A DNA stretch of 64,000 nucleotides from Chitinophagales bacterium (lineage in GTDB: Bacteria; Bacteroidota; Bacteroidia; Chitinophagales; LD1), in assembly GCA_046329555.1 (NCBI GenBank), contig JAXLUK010000005.1:91186-155185 (forward strand), written 5' to 3'. Below, piece after piece: positions 30,085 through 39,477 of the stretch; within the stretch, counting starts at the first letter, position 1, and each line of letters begins with the position of its first letter. The notes beneath the pieces were generated by a model. That model ran no database searches and was not told the DNA's origin. It saw only the letters and a list, made by a program, of their open reading frames with translations. Position numbers and translations under genes: made by a program.

Positions 30085-30836
30085 TACAACAAACCGGGAA
30101 TAACCGCCTTGCGCGATGCCGGATAGTCGGGGAATTTGGATTGATACCAACGGTGATGATCTAAGGCGCGGGGCAATAAATTCACCACCGTCCATAACGC
30201 AAATGAAAACGCCGGAAGGCTCCACACCATCACCGCAAAGCCGCACCATTCCACCATTTCCCCAAAAAGGTTCGGACAAGAAACCCATCTGAAAAAACCG
30301 CCTTCAGGAATTTTGTATCCGGTCTCTCCGGGTTTACGTAGCGACAACAATATATTGTCGCTTTGTACATTGATGAATACGCCGGTAAGAAAAATGGCAA
30401 AGCCGGTAAAAAAACGGGGCGAAGTAAAAAAGCTGTCGTCGTAATTTCCACCAACACTCCCGAAATAATAACCATTCAAAATGCCATTCCACAAATTGAA
30501 GAAAATGGCGCTGGCAACAATCAATACCGGAATAGTTTTGCCTTGTGTTTTCGTTCTGAATGGAAAAATAAACGAGCGGTGAATGTAATGCAGCGACCAC
30601 AGCGCCCAGAAAAAATACGAAGCATGGGTCTTGGGCAACGAGCCGGTAAAAAAGAAGAAAGTCACTAACAGAAAGGAAGGCGCCTCCTGAACCACCCAAC
30701 CCCAGGTATTGCTCATCACCGGGCCCCATTGGCGCGTGGTATGCCGGCCATAAGGCGCTGTTACTTTTAAAAGTATCGGAAAAATAACTACCGCACAGCC
30801 AATCCAAAACCAGGTGAACACATGGAAATAATCCAT
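30084..30836 (-). CDS. 3-oxo-5-alpha-steroid 4-dehydrogenase (steroid 5-alpha-reductase-like)
   Basis: APYGRH, W.VQEAPSF, HYIHRSFIFP, YKIPEGGFFRWVSCPNLFGE and HHRWY. Confidence 0.9.
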   Translation of the reverse strand: MDYFHVFTWFWIGCAVVIFPILLKVTAPYGRHTTRQWGPVMSNTWGWVVQEAPSFLLVTFFFFTGSLPKTHASYFFWALWSLHYIHRSFIFPFRTKTQGKTIPVLIVASAIFFNLWNGILNGYYFGSVGGNYDDSFFTSPRFFTGFAIFLTGVFINVQSDNILLSLRKPGETGYKIPEGGFFRWVSCPNLFGEMVEWCGFAVMVWSLPAFSFALWTVVNLLPRALDHHRWYQSKFPDYPASRKAVIPGLL

Positions 30837-30876
30837 AACAAAAAATTTAGCGGTGAAGGTGCAAAAAATAAAATCG

Positions 30877-31941
30877 CTACTTCAAACGCACCGTCATGCG
30901 CACCGGATTGTGGTCGCTGTTGCGGAATTGCGCATGGATGCCCTGTACCGTATCCACCTGCACATTGGGCGATACAAAGAAGTAATCTATTACCGTGGTG
31001 AATGTAGTGGCCGGATCATAGGCATGATTATTCTTACGGTTAGAAGGGGTTTTGCCATCATACACATACTTCCATTCATGAATGTAGTTCGGATCGTTAT
31101 TCATAAAGTATAGCGAATCAGAAATTTTCTCCTTCTCCCATTGATGTACATTAAAATCAGGTGGCGCAATATTCCAGTCGCCGCCAATAATCACATAGTT
31201 ACCGCGGGCGTACTCTTCTTCTACAATAGATTTTGTTAACGCCATTTGCTTGCGCTTGATGTTGCCATTATCATACGCTTCAAAATGCGTATTCACCACA
31301 ATTAATTCCTTGCCATTGGCCACCGGAAAACGTTGCATCAGCAAGCAGCGTTTCAGGTAGAACAACCGCCGGGGAAAATCAGTGATATTGGCCAATGCGA
31401 TCCGCTCCGATTGCGTAGGCTGGTATGACGTTAAACTCAACAACCCGCCATAGATGCGCCCCAGCGGCTCTGTCCATGGAAACGGCAAATTCTTCACATC
31501 GTAATTAACCGCAAAACAAGAAGCGTGATCGGCTAGCGAAGCGCTGAGTGCCGCCGCTTCATCTATATAATAACTTCTTTTACTGCCGCGGTCAGCCTCC
31601 TGAATCAATACAAAATCTGTTTTCGCATGTTCGCGGATGGTAGCGTCGATACCCGCCATGTATTGCTTAACCAATGGTTCAGGTGTAATCACCATCTTTC
31701 CATCATCGTAAAAAAAGTCGGTCTCCGCACCTAATCCAGCATAGCCAATATTCCACGTGAAAAACGTCAGCGCCGAATCCACCGGAATTATTTTTTTTGA
31801 CGAAGCCGGAATTTGCGCTTCCAGTTTTTCGCGGGGCTCCGGTCGCAATTGCGTGAAATACGCCACCGCAATATTTCCACCTACATACAACAACGGCAAC
31901 CCAACCAAAACGAGCACCACCCAAAGTCCTTTCTTTTTCAT
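30877..31941 (-). CDS. Endonuclease/exonuclease/phosphatase family protein
   Basis: TWNIGY, LIQEAD, NTHFEAY, GGDWN, IDYFFV and SDHNPV; N-terminal TM. ATG at 31941. Confidence 0.9.
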   Translation of the reverse strand: MKKKGLWVVLVLVGLPLLYVGGNIAVAYFTQLRPEPREKLEAQIPASSKKIIPVDSALTFFTWNIGYAGLGAETDFFYDDGKMVITPEPLVKQYMAGIDATIREHAKTDFVLIQEADRGSKRSYYIDEAAALSASLADHASCFAVNYDVKNLPFPWTEPLGRIYGGLLSLTSYQPTQSERIALANITDFPRRLFYLKRCLLMQRFPVANGKELIVVNTHFEAYDNGNIKRKQMALTKSIVEEEYARGNYVIIGGDWNIAPPDFNVHQWEKEKISDSLYFMNNDPNYIHEWKYVYDGKTPSNRKNNHAYDPATTFTTVIDYFFVSPNVQVDTVQGIHAQFRNSDHNPVRMTVRLK

Positions 31942-31966
31942 AGCATGAAAAGGTATAGTTTTTTTA

Positions 31967-33595
31967 TCAGCCCAGGTATTTTCCTTCAATATTCATTCTT
32001 CTGCCCATGCCAAATGCCTTTTGGGAAACGCGCAGGATAGGCGGCGCCTGAAAACGCTTCCATTCATTGCCATTCACCATCTTCAGCACACGCTGTACCA
32101 GCGCCGGCTCAAAACCTTGCTGCTCCAACTCGCGCGGACCTTGCCGTTGCTCAATATACTGATACAGCAGTTGATCCAGCAACGCATAATCAGGCAGTGA
32201 ATCGCTGTCTTTTTGCCCCGGACGCAGCTCGGCCGAAGGCGCCTTGGTGATAATGTGGTTCGGAATTATTTCCGAAGAACGATTGATGTAATGCGCCAAC
32301 GCATACACCTGCATTTTATATACATCACCCAACACGGCCAGTCCACCGCACATATCTCCGTACAACGTGCCATAGCCCACAGCCGCTTCGCTCTTGTTGG
32401 TGGTGTTCAGTAAAATATAACCGAATTTATTGCTCAGCGCCATCAGCAAGGTGCCGCGAACCCGCGCCTGTAAATTTTCTTCAGCTACTGAAAAGGGCAA
32501 GTCCTTAAAAATGGGTTGTAACGTATGCAGAAACGATTGATAGGTAGATTCAATCGGAATGATTTCATGTGGCGATTGCAGATTGTTCACTAACGCCAGC
32601 GAGTCATCTACTGAATGACCCGACGAATAACCCGAAGGCAGCAATACCGAAAGCACATTTTCCCGACCTAATGCCGCGGCAGCCAAACACAATACCACAG
32701 CCGAATCAATGCCGCCACTCAATCCCAGCACGGCTTTTTTGAATCCCAGTTTCGCAAAATAATCGCGGATGCCTAAAACCAACGCGTTGAAAATTCGCTC
32801 TGTTTCTCCCTGTGGCGTACTGGCAACAGATAGCTCCTGTTCTAAATCAACGGTAGTAACACGCTCTTCAAACATCGGCAACTGCGCCAGCAATTCACCC
32901 GATGCACTCATCACCCGGCTATCGCCATCAAAAATTAACTCGGTTTGCGCGCCTACCTGGTTCACATATACCATAGGCAATTGGTAGCGTTTGCAATTGG
33001 CACTTATCACATCGTTGCGCACTTCATGTTGGCGATAGTTGAAGGGCGATGCCGAAAGATTAATCATCACATCGGGCTGTTGTTGAATGAGCTGATCCAT
33101 CGGACAAATGGTATACAGCGGATTTTCATTGCCGATATTCCAAATGTCTTCGCAAATCGTTACGGCCAGTTTGCGCCCTTTCCAGGCAACACATTCAAAT
33201 ACCGTGTTCGGTTCAAAATAACGGTATTCATCAAATACGTCGTACGTAGGCAATAGCGTTTTGCGCACCACTTGTTGCACGGCGCCATCAGCCAGAAAGT
33301 ACGCGCAGTTATATAAATCTTTCCCATCGCGCTCCGGATTTTTCATAGGCGCGCCAACCAAAACAGCCAGCTTCGTGGCCGCGGCGGCGATGCGCAGTAA
33401 TGACGACTCGCAGCGGTTGATGAAATCATCGAACTCCAAAAAATCGCGGGCCGGATAGCCGCACACCGCCAGTTCACTGCACACCAGCAATTCAGCACCC
33501 AGTTGTTCAGCCGTCTGTATGGCGCGGATAATCTTTTCGGTATTGGCTTCAAAATTTCCAACGTGAATATTGAGTTGCGCCAGAGCTATTTTCAT
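31967..33595 (-). CDS. nadE: Glutamine-dependent NAD+ synthetase
   Basis: Nitrilase domain (SELAVCGYP, KTLLPTYDVFDEYRYF, TICEDIW) plus synthetase domain (GLSGGIDS, ENLQAR, KAPSAELRP.QKDSDSL). True start ATG 33595. Confidence 0.97.
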   Translation of the reverse strand: MKIALAQLNIHVGNFEANTEKIIRAIQTAEQLGAELLVCSELAVCGYPARDFLEFDDFINRCESSLLRIAAAATKLAVLVGAPMKNPERDGKDLYNCAYFLADGAVQQVVRKTLLPTYDVFDEYRYFEPNTVFECVAWKGRKLAVTICEDIWNIGNENPLYTICPMDQLIQQQPDVMINLSASPFNYRQHEVRNDVISANCKRYQLPMVYVNQVGAQTELIFDGDSRVMSASGELLAQLPMFEERVTTVDLEQELSVASTPQGETERIFNALVLGIRDYFAKLGFKKAVLGLSGGIDSAVVLCLAAAALGRENVLSVLLPSGYSSGHSVDDSLALVNNLQSPHEIIPIESTYQSFLHTLQPIFKDLPFSVAEENLQARVRGTLLMALSNKFGYILLNTTNKSEAAVGYGTLYGDMCGGLAVLGDVYKMQVYALAHYINRSSEIIPNHIITKAPSAELRPGQKDSDSLPDYALLDQLLYQYIEQRQGPRELEQQGFEPALVQRVLKMVNGNEWKRFQAPPILRVSQKAFGMGRRMNIEGKYLG

Positions 33596-33746
33596 GAGGT
33601 GAAAATAGCAAAAGCGAAGCGGGTTGTTGATGAAAAGAACGCTCATGAACCTCGTCAGCACTAAAGTTGTTTTCCGCCAATACCGGCTGTAATGGCCGTA
33701 TGGCGGCGGCTCAACAAGGTGATGTAATTTTTCATTTGATGTATTT

Positions 33747-33873
33747 GGGCGTGCCCCCTCAGGCAGCGGCACCGTGCGCAGGACTCTAACAACACATCGC
33801 TGCCTTCGGGGTCGGTTGCTTCGTTGCAAGTCCTCGCGCACTCGTACCTCGTGCGCTGCGGGCTTTCCACTTC
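33747..33873 (+). repeat. REP-like palindromic intergenic element
   Basis: GGGCGTGCCCC ... CAAGTCCTC-[gcgcac/gtgcgc hairpin]-TGCGGGCTTTCC; the same frame occurs at 39552-39657 and, reversed, near 46.3-46.4 kb. Confidence 0.65.
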
Positions 33874-34062
33874 GCCACCTCACGCGGCATCTGTAAGCAA
33901 TAATTAAAAAATAATCGAGGCGCTTGATCTTACCGATAAAGATTTGATTCAAGGCCAAACGGCGCGAGGGGGACCTCGATAAAGTATTTTAATAAAATTT
34001 TCTTATTAATTATTACTTTTAATAATTAAGATTAGATTTACAGTCAATTAAATTAATTCACC

Positions 34063-34482
34063 GTGAAAAAAATCGTACCGTTTTTATTTCTCGCCGTTTG
34101 CTTTTCAGTTAAAGTATTTTCCCAATGTCCGGAAGAGGGAACCCTTGTACCTATCCAAAAAGTAATGAATCCCGCTACCTCCAAAGATTATCAGTCGTGC
34201 GACATTACTATCGAGAGTGAATTTATATTCTCTACGGTCACCAACTTTCAACACCCGGGTAAAATCTCAAAAATGGTAGTGTTTCAGGTGGCCCCCGTTG
34301 GAGAAGGTGAAAATTATGCCGACCGTCGCGGACAGCGCGGCCTAATGGTGGCAATTGACAAGTCAAAATCTGACGAAATGTTTACTTGGAAGAAAGGACA
34401 GAAAGTCTCTTTTGAGGGGCATACTCAGGTAGTAATGGGTAGCATCGTTTATTTTCTTGCCGACTCCTATAAGACATTTTAA
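34063..34482 (+). CDS. Secreted hypothetical protein
   Basis: Signal peptide MKKIVPFLFLAVCFSVKVFSQ; possible OB-fold C-terminus. Confidence 0.65.
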   Translation: MKKIVPFLFLAVCFSVKVFSQCPEEGTLVPIQKVMNPATSKDYQSCDITIESEFIFSTVTNFQHPGKISKMVVFQVAPVGEGENYADRRGQRGLMVAIDKSKSDEMFTWKKGQKVSFEGHTQVVMGSIVYFLADSYKTF

Positions 34483-34484
34483 TA

Positions 34485-35714
34485 ATGATAACCATTAAAT
34501 CTATCATCGTGAATAATCTGCTCCGTTTAATTGCTGTTGTTCTCATATTTGGCTCCTTTGCCTCTTCTTTCGCACAAATACCTCAAGCTATAAATTATCA
34601 GGCAGTAGTCAGGGATAACAGCGGAAGTATCATGCCTAACAAGGCGGTTGCCCTAAAACTGACCATCAGACAAGGAAACAGTTCTGGTAATGCCATATAT
34701 CAAGAACGCCATGCGGTAACATCCAATCAACTCGGTATGGTAAATCTCGCTATTGGTCGTGGCGCTGCCTTATCCGGCACATTTGCGAATATCGATTGGT
34801 CGTTAGCACCGTTTTTCTTAGAGGTGGCGCTAGATGTCAACGGCGGCACCAATTATGTGGTGATGGGAACGCAAGAATTAATTAGCGTTCCGTACGCACT
34901 ATATGCCAAACGAGCAGAAGAACACCAAACACTATCCATCAATGGCAATCAGCTGTCCATTTCTAATGGTAATTCAGTTAATCTGCCCACCTCCGGTGGC
35001 GGTAGCGGTGGTGTGTTCGAACAAAACTTTCAGCGCGAAGGAAATTTCTTTTTTATCAAATGCACCTCTGAGCCTGGGGTCGATTCCTTTCTGGCTGTGT
35101 TTTCAGCCCAAATAAGCAACATCAGTTACGGGTATGTTCAAGTAGTCAAGAAAGACCCCCTCACCGGAGCCTACCAGCTTTTTTACCGTGGTGGATCATT
35201 TAATGGTTGCAATAATGGCGTATTCATCAATAGCGCTACTACGCACCGAGGCGAGTTATATATAAATATCGACGATGGTTGCTCCAATAAGCGACTGACT
35301 ACGCCAACCACAACGGTTACTTACGATGTACAGCCATCCAATAGCAACGGAATTATTTTTTCAGATGGACAATATCTCTACGTAAACAACAACAGCAATT
35401 ACTTAAAATATACCGCCGCAGGAAACCAATTGACATTGGTAAGTACCCTCACCTTTACACCTCCTCTAAATAACAATGTTACCTCCGTCTTGTGCGACGG
35501 ATCATACATTTATGCCCTTTCTTCTGTCGACTACTACTTGCTCAAATACACCCTCAGTGGCGCCTTCATCTCGCGCACTGAAATTTCGCCGGGAGCCGTT
35601 GGTTTAGTGAACATCGATGCCAGCAAAATTTACTTAGCCTTTGCTAATACACCATACTCCAACAACTCAGTTATAAGGGCGGGTTTTACCATTAAACCAA
35701 TTTCTAAGCCGTAG
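34485..35714 (+). CDS. Surface fibre-like protein with the common Bacteroidota QAINYQAV...SVPYALYA N-terminal domain
   Basis: Conserved N-domain, LSINGNQLSISNGNSVNLP neck, Gly linker and a variable C-terminal head. Confidence 0.75.
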   Translation: MITIKSIIVNNLLRLIAVVLIFGSFASSFAQIPQAINYQAVVRDNSGSIMPNKAVALKLTIRQGNSSGNAIYQERHAVTSNQLGMVNLAIGRGAALSGTFANIDWSLAPFFLEVALDVNGGTNYVVMGTQELISVPYALYAKRAEEHQTLSINGNQLSISNGNSVNLPTSGGGSGGVFEQNFQREGNFFFIKCTSEPGVDSFLAVFSAQISNISYGYVQVVKKDPLTGAYQLFYRGGSFNGCNNGVFINSATTHRGELYINIDDGCSNKRLTTPTTTVTYDVQPSNSNGIIFSDGQYLYVNNNSNYLKYTAAGNQLTLVSTLTFTPPLNNNVTSVLCDGSYIYALSSVDYYLLKYTLSGAFISRTEISPGAVGLVNIDASKIYLAFANTPYSNNSVIRAGFTIKPISKP

Positions 35715-35814
35715 GCTTCCCTTCGCTAGAGATATCCGGGTGGCCGCCAATCCACCTCCCGAAACGCTCAGGGGGATTCTAAAAACCCTCCCCCAATTTC
35801 CCTACCTTCACCCC

Positions 35815-36381
35815 ATGCCGAAAGAAAAAATACGTTGCCTCTGGTGCGGTACCGACCCTATTTACGTAGCCTATCACGATGAAGAATGGGGCGTGCCGGT
35901 GCACGACGACCGCCTGTTGTTTGAATTCCTGGTACTGGAAAGTTTTCAGGCGGGACTAAGCTGGCTTACCGTCCTGAAAAAACGCGAAAACTTCAGAACA
36001 GCCTTCGCCAACTTTGATGCGAAAAAAGTAGCGAAATTCGACCAGAAAAAAATTGAATTGCTGATGCAGGATGCCGGCATCATCCGCAACCGCCTCAAAA
36101 TTGAAGCCGCTATCAACAACGCCGCCCGCTTTCTGGAAATCCAAAAAGAGTTCGGCAGCTTTGATCATTATATCTGGAGCTTTGTCAATCACCAACCACT
36201 GATCAATCGCGTGAAAAGTATGAGCGATGTGCCGGCCAAAACAGCCCTTTCTGATGCTATGAGCAAGGATATGGGCGCGCGTGGCTTCAAATTCCGCGGT
36301 TCTACCATCTGCTACGCCTTTATGCAGGCTGTAGGCATGGTGAACGACCACCTCGATACCTGCTGGCGGAAGAAGGTATAG
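35815..36381 (+). CDS. tag: DNA-3-methyladenine glycosylase I
   Basis: RC.W, YHDEEWG, LESFQAGLSW, IIRNRLKI and GMVNDH...C. ATG at 35815. Confidence 0.96.
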   Translation: MPKEKIRCLWCGTDPIYVAYHDEEWGVPVHDDRLLFEFLVLESFQAGLSWLTVLKKRENFRTAFANFDAKKVAKFDQKKIELLMQDAGIIRNRLKIEAAINNAARFLEIQKEFGSFDHYIWSFVNHQPLINRVKSMSDVPAKTALSDAMSKDMGARGFKFRGSTICYAFMQAVGMVNDHLDTCWRKKV

Positions 36382-36422
36382 CGAATTTTTATCTTATGAA
36401 ACTTTTTTAACTTGCAGGAATT

Positions 36423-36785
36423 ATGCCATCCGGAAAGAAAAATAAACCCATTGCCGGCTACCATCTGCTGATGATCCTCTCGGCCGTTGACCACCAATTT
36501 ACCGCCGATGAAGACCGCGTGATTGTGGATTACCTTACTGAAAACTTTCCGATTCCGGTGAGCTTAGACCGCGAATTGGAAGTTATCAGCGCCCTGCCGG
36601 AAGAAGAATGGCTGCCCCATTTCAAAAAGTGTATGGACGATTTCTATGAAGACAGCACCGAGAAAGAACGCATGGAGCTCATAAAATTCGCCATTGAACT
36701 CACCAAGGCAACCCTGCCCATCACCCGGGAAGAAAACCTGTACCTGAGCGAACTCTACAACGAATGGACCGAAACGGTCGAATAA
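36423..36785 (+). CDS. TerB-family (tellurite-resistance-like) protein
   Basis: GYHLLMILSAVD.QF...E...I and FA..L.KA...ITREEN pattern. Confidence 0.7.
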   Translation: MPSGKKNKPIAGYHLLMILSAVDHQFTADEDRVIVDYLTENFPIPVSLDRELEVISALPEEEWLPHFKKCMDDFYEDSTEKERMELIKFAIELTKATLPITREENLYLSELYNEWTETVE

Positions 36786-37522
36786 ATGCTTTCTGCCTAC
36801 TGTTGCTCAGCGCCTTGTTGGCGCCGGTGTTGGTGTATGGTCAATCTGCCAATAACACCAGCAAAAAAGTAACCCCTAACTATACTTCTACCGATATCTA
36901 TATTCCGCTTCGCGGCCGCGAAGAAGTGACCCTGGTTCCCTTGCTCGACACCTTGCTCTCGCAAAAGGAATACCGCTTCAAGATTCGTTTTTCCGACCGC
37001 TATAAATTCGCCGAATTGTTGTTCGACCGCGGCATCGCTGTACGCACCGATTCTATCATTCGCGTAGTGCCCAGTACGCACAAAACCTGGGGTTATGATA
37101 CGTCTACCTTGCGCATCATCGGCTTTGCAGGAGGCTCGCGTATCCTGCTGTTTCACCAGTTTTATGTTGAACCCGCGCAGAAAGTCTATCCGGTCATTCC
37201 TAAAACACCCATGAATGTGGTGGTAGATCATCTGGCGCTGGAACGCAATGAAAAATATCAGCGCGATAACTTTACTGAAAAGTCGGTCTTCATGCTGGCC
37301 GAAGACGGCGACTTCAACCCATCTACCATCATCACGGCCATCACCATATCATTGATTCATCCTTCCGGCAATAAAAATATGTACGCCAAGGCCGATCGTC
37401 CTACCAAAGAAATGCTGCAAAGCATTCGCTTAGCCAAGCCTGGCTCGCTGTGTTACATTCGATTGGATGTGCGCAACGGCAAGAAAGCAAAAAGTTGCTG
37501 GACGCGTTTTACGCTGTTATAA
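36764..37522 (+). CDS. Secreted hypothetical protein, possible GldM C-terminal-like domain
   Basis: Signal-like N-terminus; the C-terminal TKEMLQSIRLAKPGSLCYI resembles the last GldM domain. Start uncertain. Confidence 0.45.
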   Translation: MDRNGRINAFCLLLLSALLAPVLVYGQSANNTSKKVTPNYTSTDIYIPLRGREEVTLVPLLDTLLSQKEYRFKIRFSDRYKFAELLFDRGIAVRTDSIIRVVPSTHKTWGYDTSTLRIIGFAGGSRILLFHQFYVEPAQKVYPVIPKTPMNVVVDHLALERNEKYQRDNFTEKSVFMLAEDGDFNPSTIITAITISLIHPSGNKNMYAKADRPTKEMLQSIRLAKPGSLCYIRLDVRNGKKAKSCWTRFTLL

Positions 37523-37524
37523 AT

Positions 37525-38493
37525 TTATTCCACCACCACCTTGGCGGCATAGCTGCCGGTATTGGCCGCATTAAACACCGATTCGTAAATAGCGAGATAA
37601 ATAATTCCGGTGCCGGAAGCATGGCCCATATAATTATCGCCTACCTTCACCGGTACGCCATTCTCACCCACCTTCATTACCAAACAACCATACAGCAAAT
37701 CGCTGCCCTTCGCGCCGGGCGAGCCATTTACACCGCCATCAGGAGTATAAGCATTGTTAGAAATGCTGGCCAGATTCACCACGCCGCTGGCATTGATTTT
37801 TATATTTTGTCCTTGCTTCACCAAAATGCCCGTATTGAGCCAGCCACTGTTCGTATTCCCCGAAATATGCTGATTAGCTTGTAGCTTGAAAGTGCCGCTG
37901 TTGGTGCTGTTTACATCGCGAAACACCACTTGCATCGACTGAATTTTTGAACGCGCCACCGAGATGCGGCCGTAATCGCTTTCCAACGTGATAGATTCAA
38001 AATTGTAGTTACCTTCAATAGAAGTAGCGCCTGTTGTTTGCAAAATATCCTTGGTAGAAAACGAGCGCTTCAGATTGTTTCTCGACAGCAACACCTCATA
38101 AGCCAGATCAACAGTTAAATCGCCATCGCGCTTTTTGTACGAAGGCGATTGCAGGTATTCGCGCAACACAGCCGCTGCACCCGCATCCATCTTAATTAAT
38201 TTATCAAAGGCAATAGCCGCATCAGAAAGCGTGTAATTCTGAATGCGGTCGGCCAAATCAAACACCTCTTTTTTATCAATGCCGTTAGTATTTACGCCCA
38301 GCGTTATCTGCGCGACCTCGCGAACAGGAAAAGCCAGTTCGCCATAGCTGGTTTTGAACGTCACCGTGCTGATATCGGCAATGCCGCTTAACGCATCGCC
38401 ATTATGCATGCGCACGGTGATTATACATTTCTCGTTTTGTGCAAAAGCGCTACCGCCCAAAGCCAGCAACAGCAATACCAACCAATTCTTCAT
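37525..38493 (-). CDS. Secreted protein with two Sm-like F(K/E)(T/S)xYG modules and a PA-IL/LecA-like C-terminal domain
   Basis: Signal peptide; FKTSYGEL and LESDYGRI repeats; WLNTGI.VKQGQ.IKINASG and GCLVMKVG motifs. Confidence 0.5.
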   Translation of the reverse strand: MKNWLVLLLLALGGSAFAQNEKCIITVRMHNGDALSGIADISTVTFKTSYGELAFPVREVAQITLGVNTNGIDKKEVFDLADRIQNYTLSDAAIAFDKLIKMDAGAAAVLREYLQSPSYKKRDGDLTVDLAYEVLLSRNNLKRSFSTKDILQTTGATSIEGNYNFESITLESDYGRISVARSKIQSMQVVFRDVNSTNSGTFKLQANQHISGNTNSGWLNTGILVKQGQNIKINASGVVNLASISNNAYTPDGGVNGSPGAKGSDLLYGCLVMKVGENGVPVKVGDNYMGHASGTGIIYLAIYESVFNAANTGSYAAKVVVE

Positions 38494-38520
38494 GGCATCA
38501 AAGGTAAAAAAACCAAAGGC

Positions 38521-39366
38521 TTAGTAATCGGCGCCGGTATCCTGCAATTGCGCCAGCGCTGCTTTGAGCTGCTCGTCATTAGGCGCAACGCCATGCCATT
38601 TGTGCGTGCCTTCCATAAAATCAACGCCGGCGCCCATGGCGGTTTTCATGATAATGAAAATGGGCTTGCCCTTACCGGTACGGTTTTTAGCTTCCTGCAA
38701 TCCAGCCAGTACCGCCTCCAAATCATTTCCCTTTTCAATGGTCAGCACATCCCAGCCAAAGGCCACCAGCTTGGCATGTAAATCGCCAAGCGACAGAACT
38801 TTGTCTGTTGGTCCGTCAATTTGTTGTCCGTTATAATCGCAGGTGGCAATCAGGTTATCTACTTGATGATGAGCGCCAAAAAGCAAGGCTTCCCAAATTT
38901 GACCCTCATCTAATTCACCGTCGCCATGAAGCGAAAAAACCAAGCGGTTATCGCCATTCAGTTTTTTGCTCAATGCCGCGCCCAGCGCCACACTCAGGCC
39001 TTGCCCCAGCGAGCCCGAAGCCATACGAATGCCCGGCAAATGCTCATGTGTAGTGGGGTGCCCTTGCAGGCGCGAGTTGATGCGACGAAAAGTGCTCAGC
39101 TCTTTAATATCAAAGTATCCGCGGCGGGCTAACGTAGCATAAAACACCGGCGAAATATGACCGTTACTGAGAAAAAACAAATCTTCTCCCACACCATCCA
39201 TATTGAAGGATGGGTCGTTCTTCATCACCTCAAAATACAGCGCCACAAAGAATTCTACGCAACCCAGCGAACCACCCGGGTGACCGCTTTGCGGGGCGTG
39301 TACCATACGCAAAATATCGCGGCGAATTTGTGTACATAGTTGACGAAGTTCAGCAGTTGAGGCCAT
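38521..39366 (-). CDS. tktA: Transketolase, N-terminal (TPP-binding) subunit
   Basis: SGHPGGSLG, LSNGH, LQGHP, SGSLGQG, GDGELDEGQIWE and NGQQIDG. ATG at 39366. Confidence 0.94.
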   Translation of the reverse strand: MASTAELRQLCTQIRRDILRMVHAPQSGHPGGSLGCVEFFVALYFEVMKNDPSFNMDGVGEDLFFLSNGHISPVFYATLARRGYFDIKELSTFRRINSRLQGHPTTHEHLPGIRMASGSLGQGLSVALGAALSKKLNGDNRLVFSLHGDGELDEGQIWEALLFGAHHQVDNLIATCDYNGQQIDGPTDKVLSLGDLHAKLVAFGWDVLTIEKGNDLEAVLAGLQEAKNRTGKGKPIFIIMKTAMGAGVDFMEGTHKWHGVAPNDEQLKAALAQLQDTGADY

Positions 39367-39477
39367 GCAAATTGTTTCAGGCGAAAGTAGGGAATAAAAG
39401 GAATTAGAAATCGGTAATGTGGAAGTAGGGCCACAGATATAAGCGCTCAGCCAGGTCAATTCGATTTAATGCCAGAT

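Noticed and set aside
33596-33958. 121-aa N-terminal extension of NadE in the ORF track
   Set aside because: Homology starts at MKIALAQLN (33595); the extension runs through a REP-like non-coding element.
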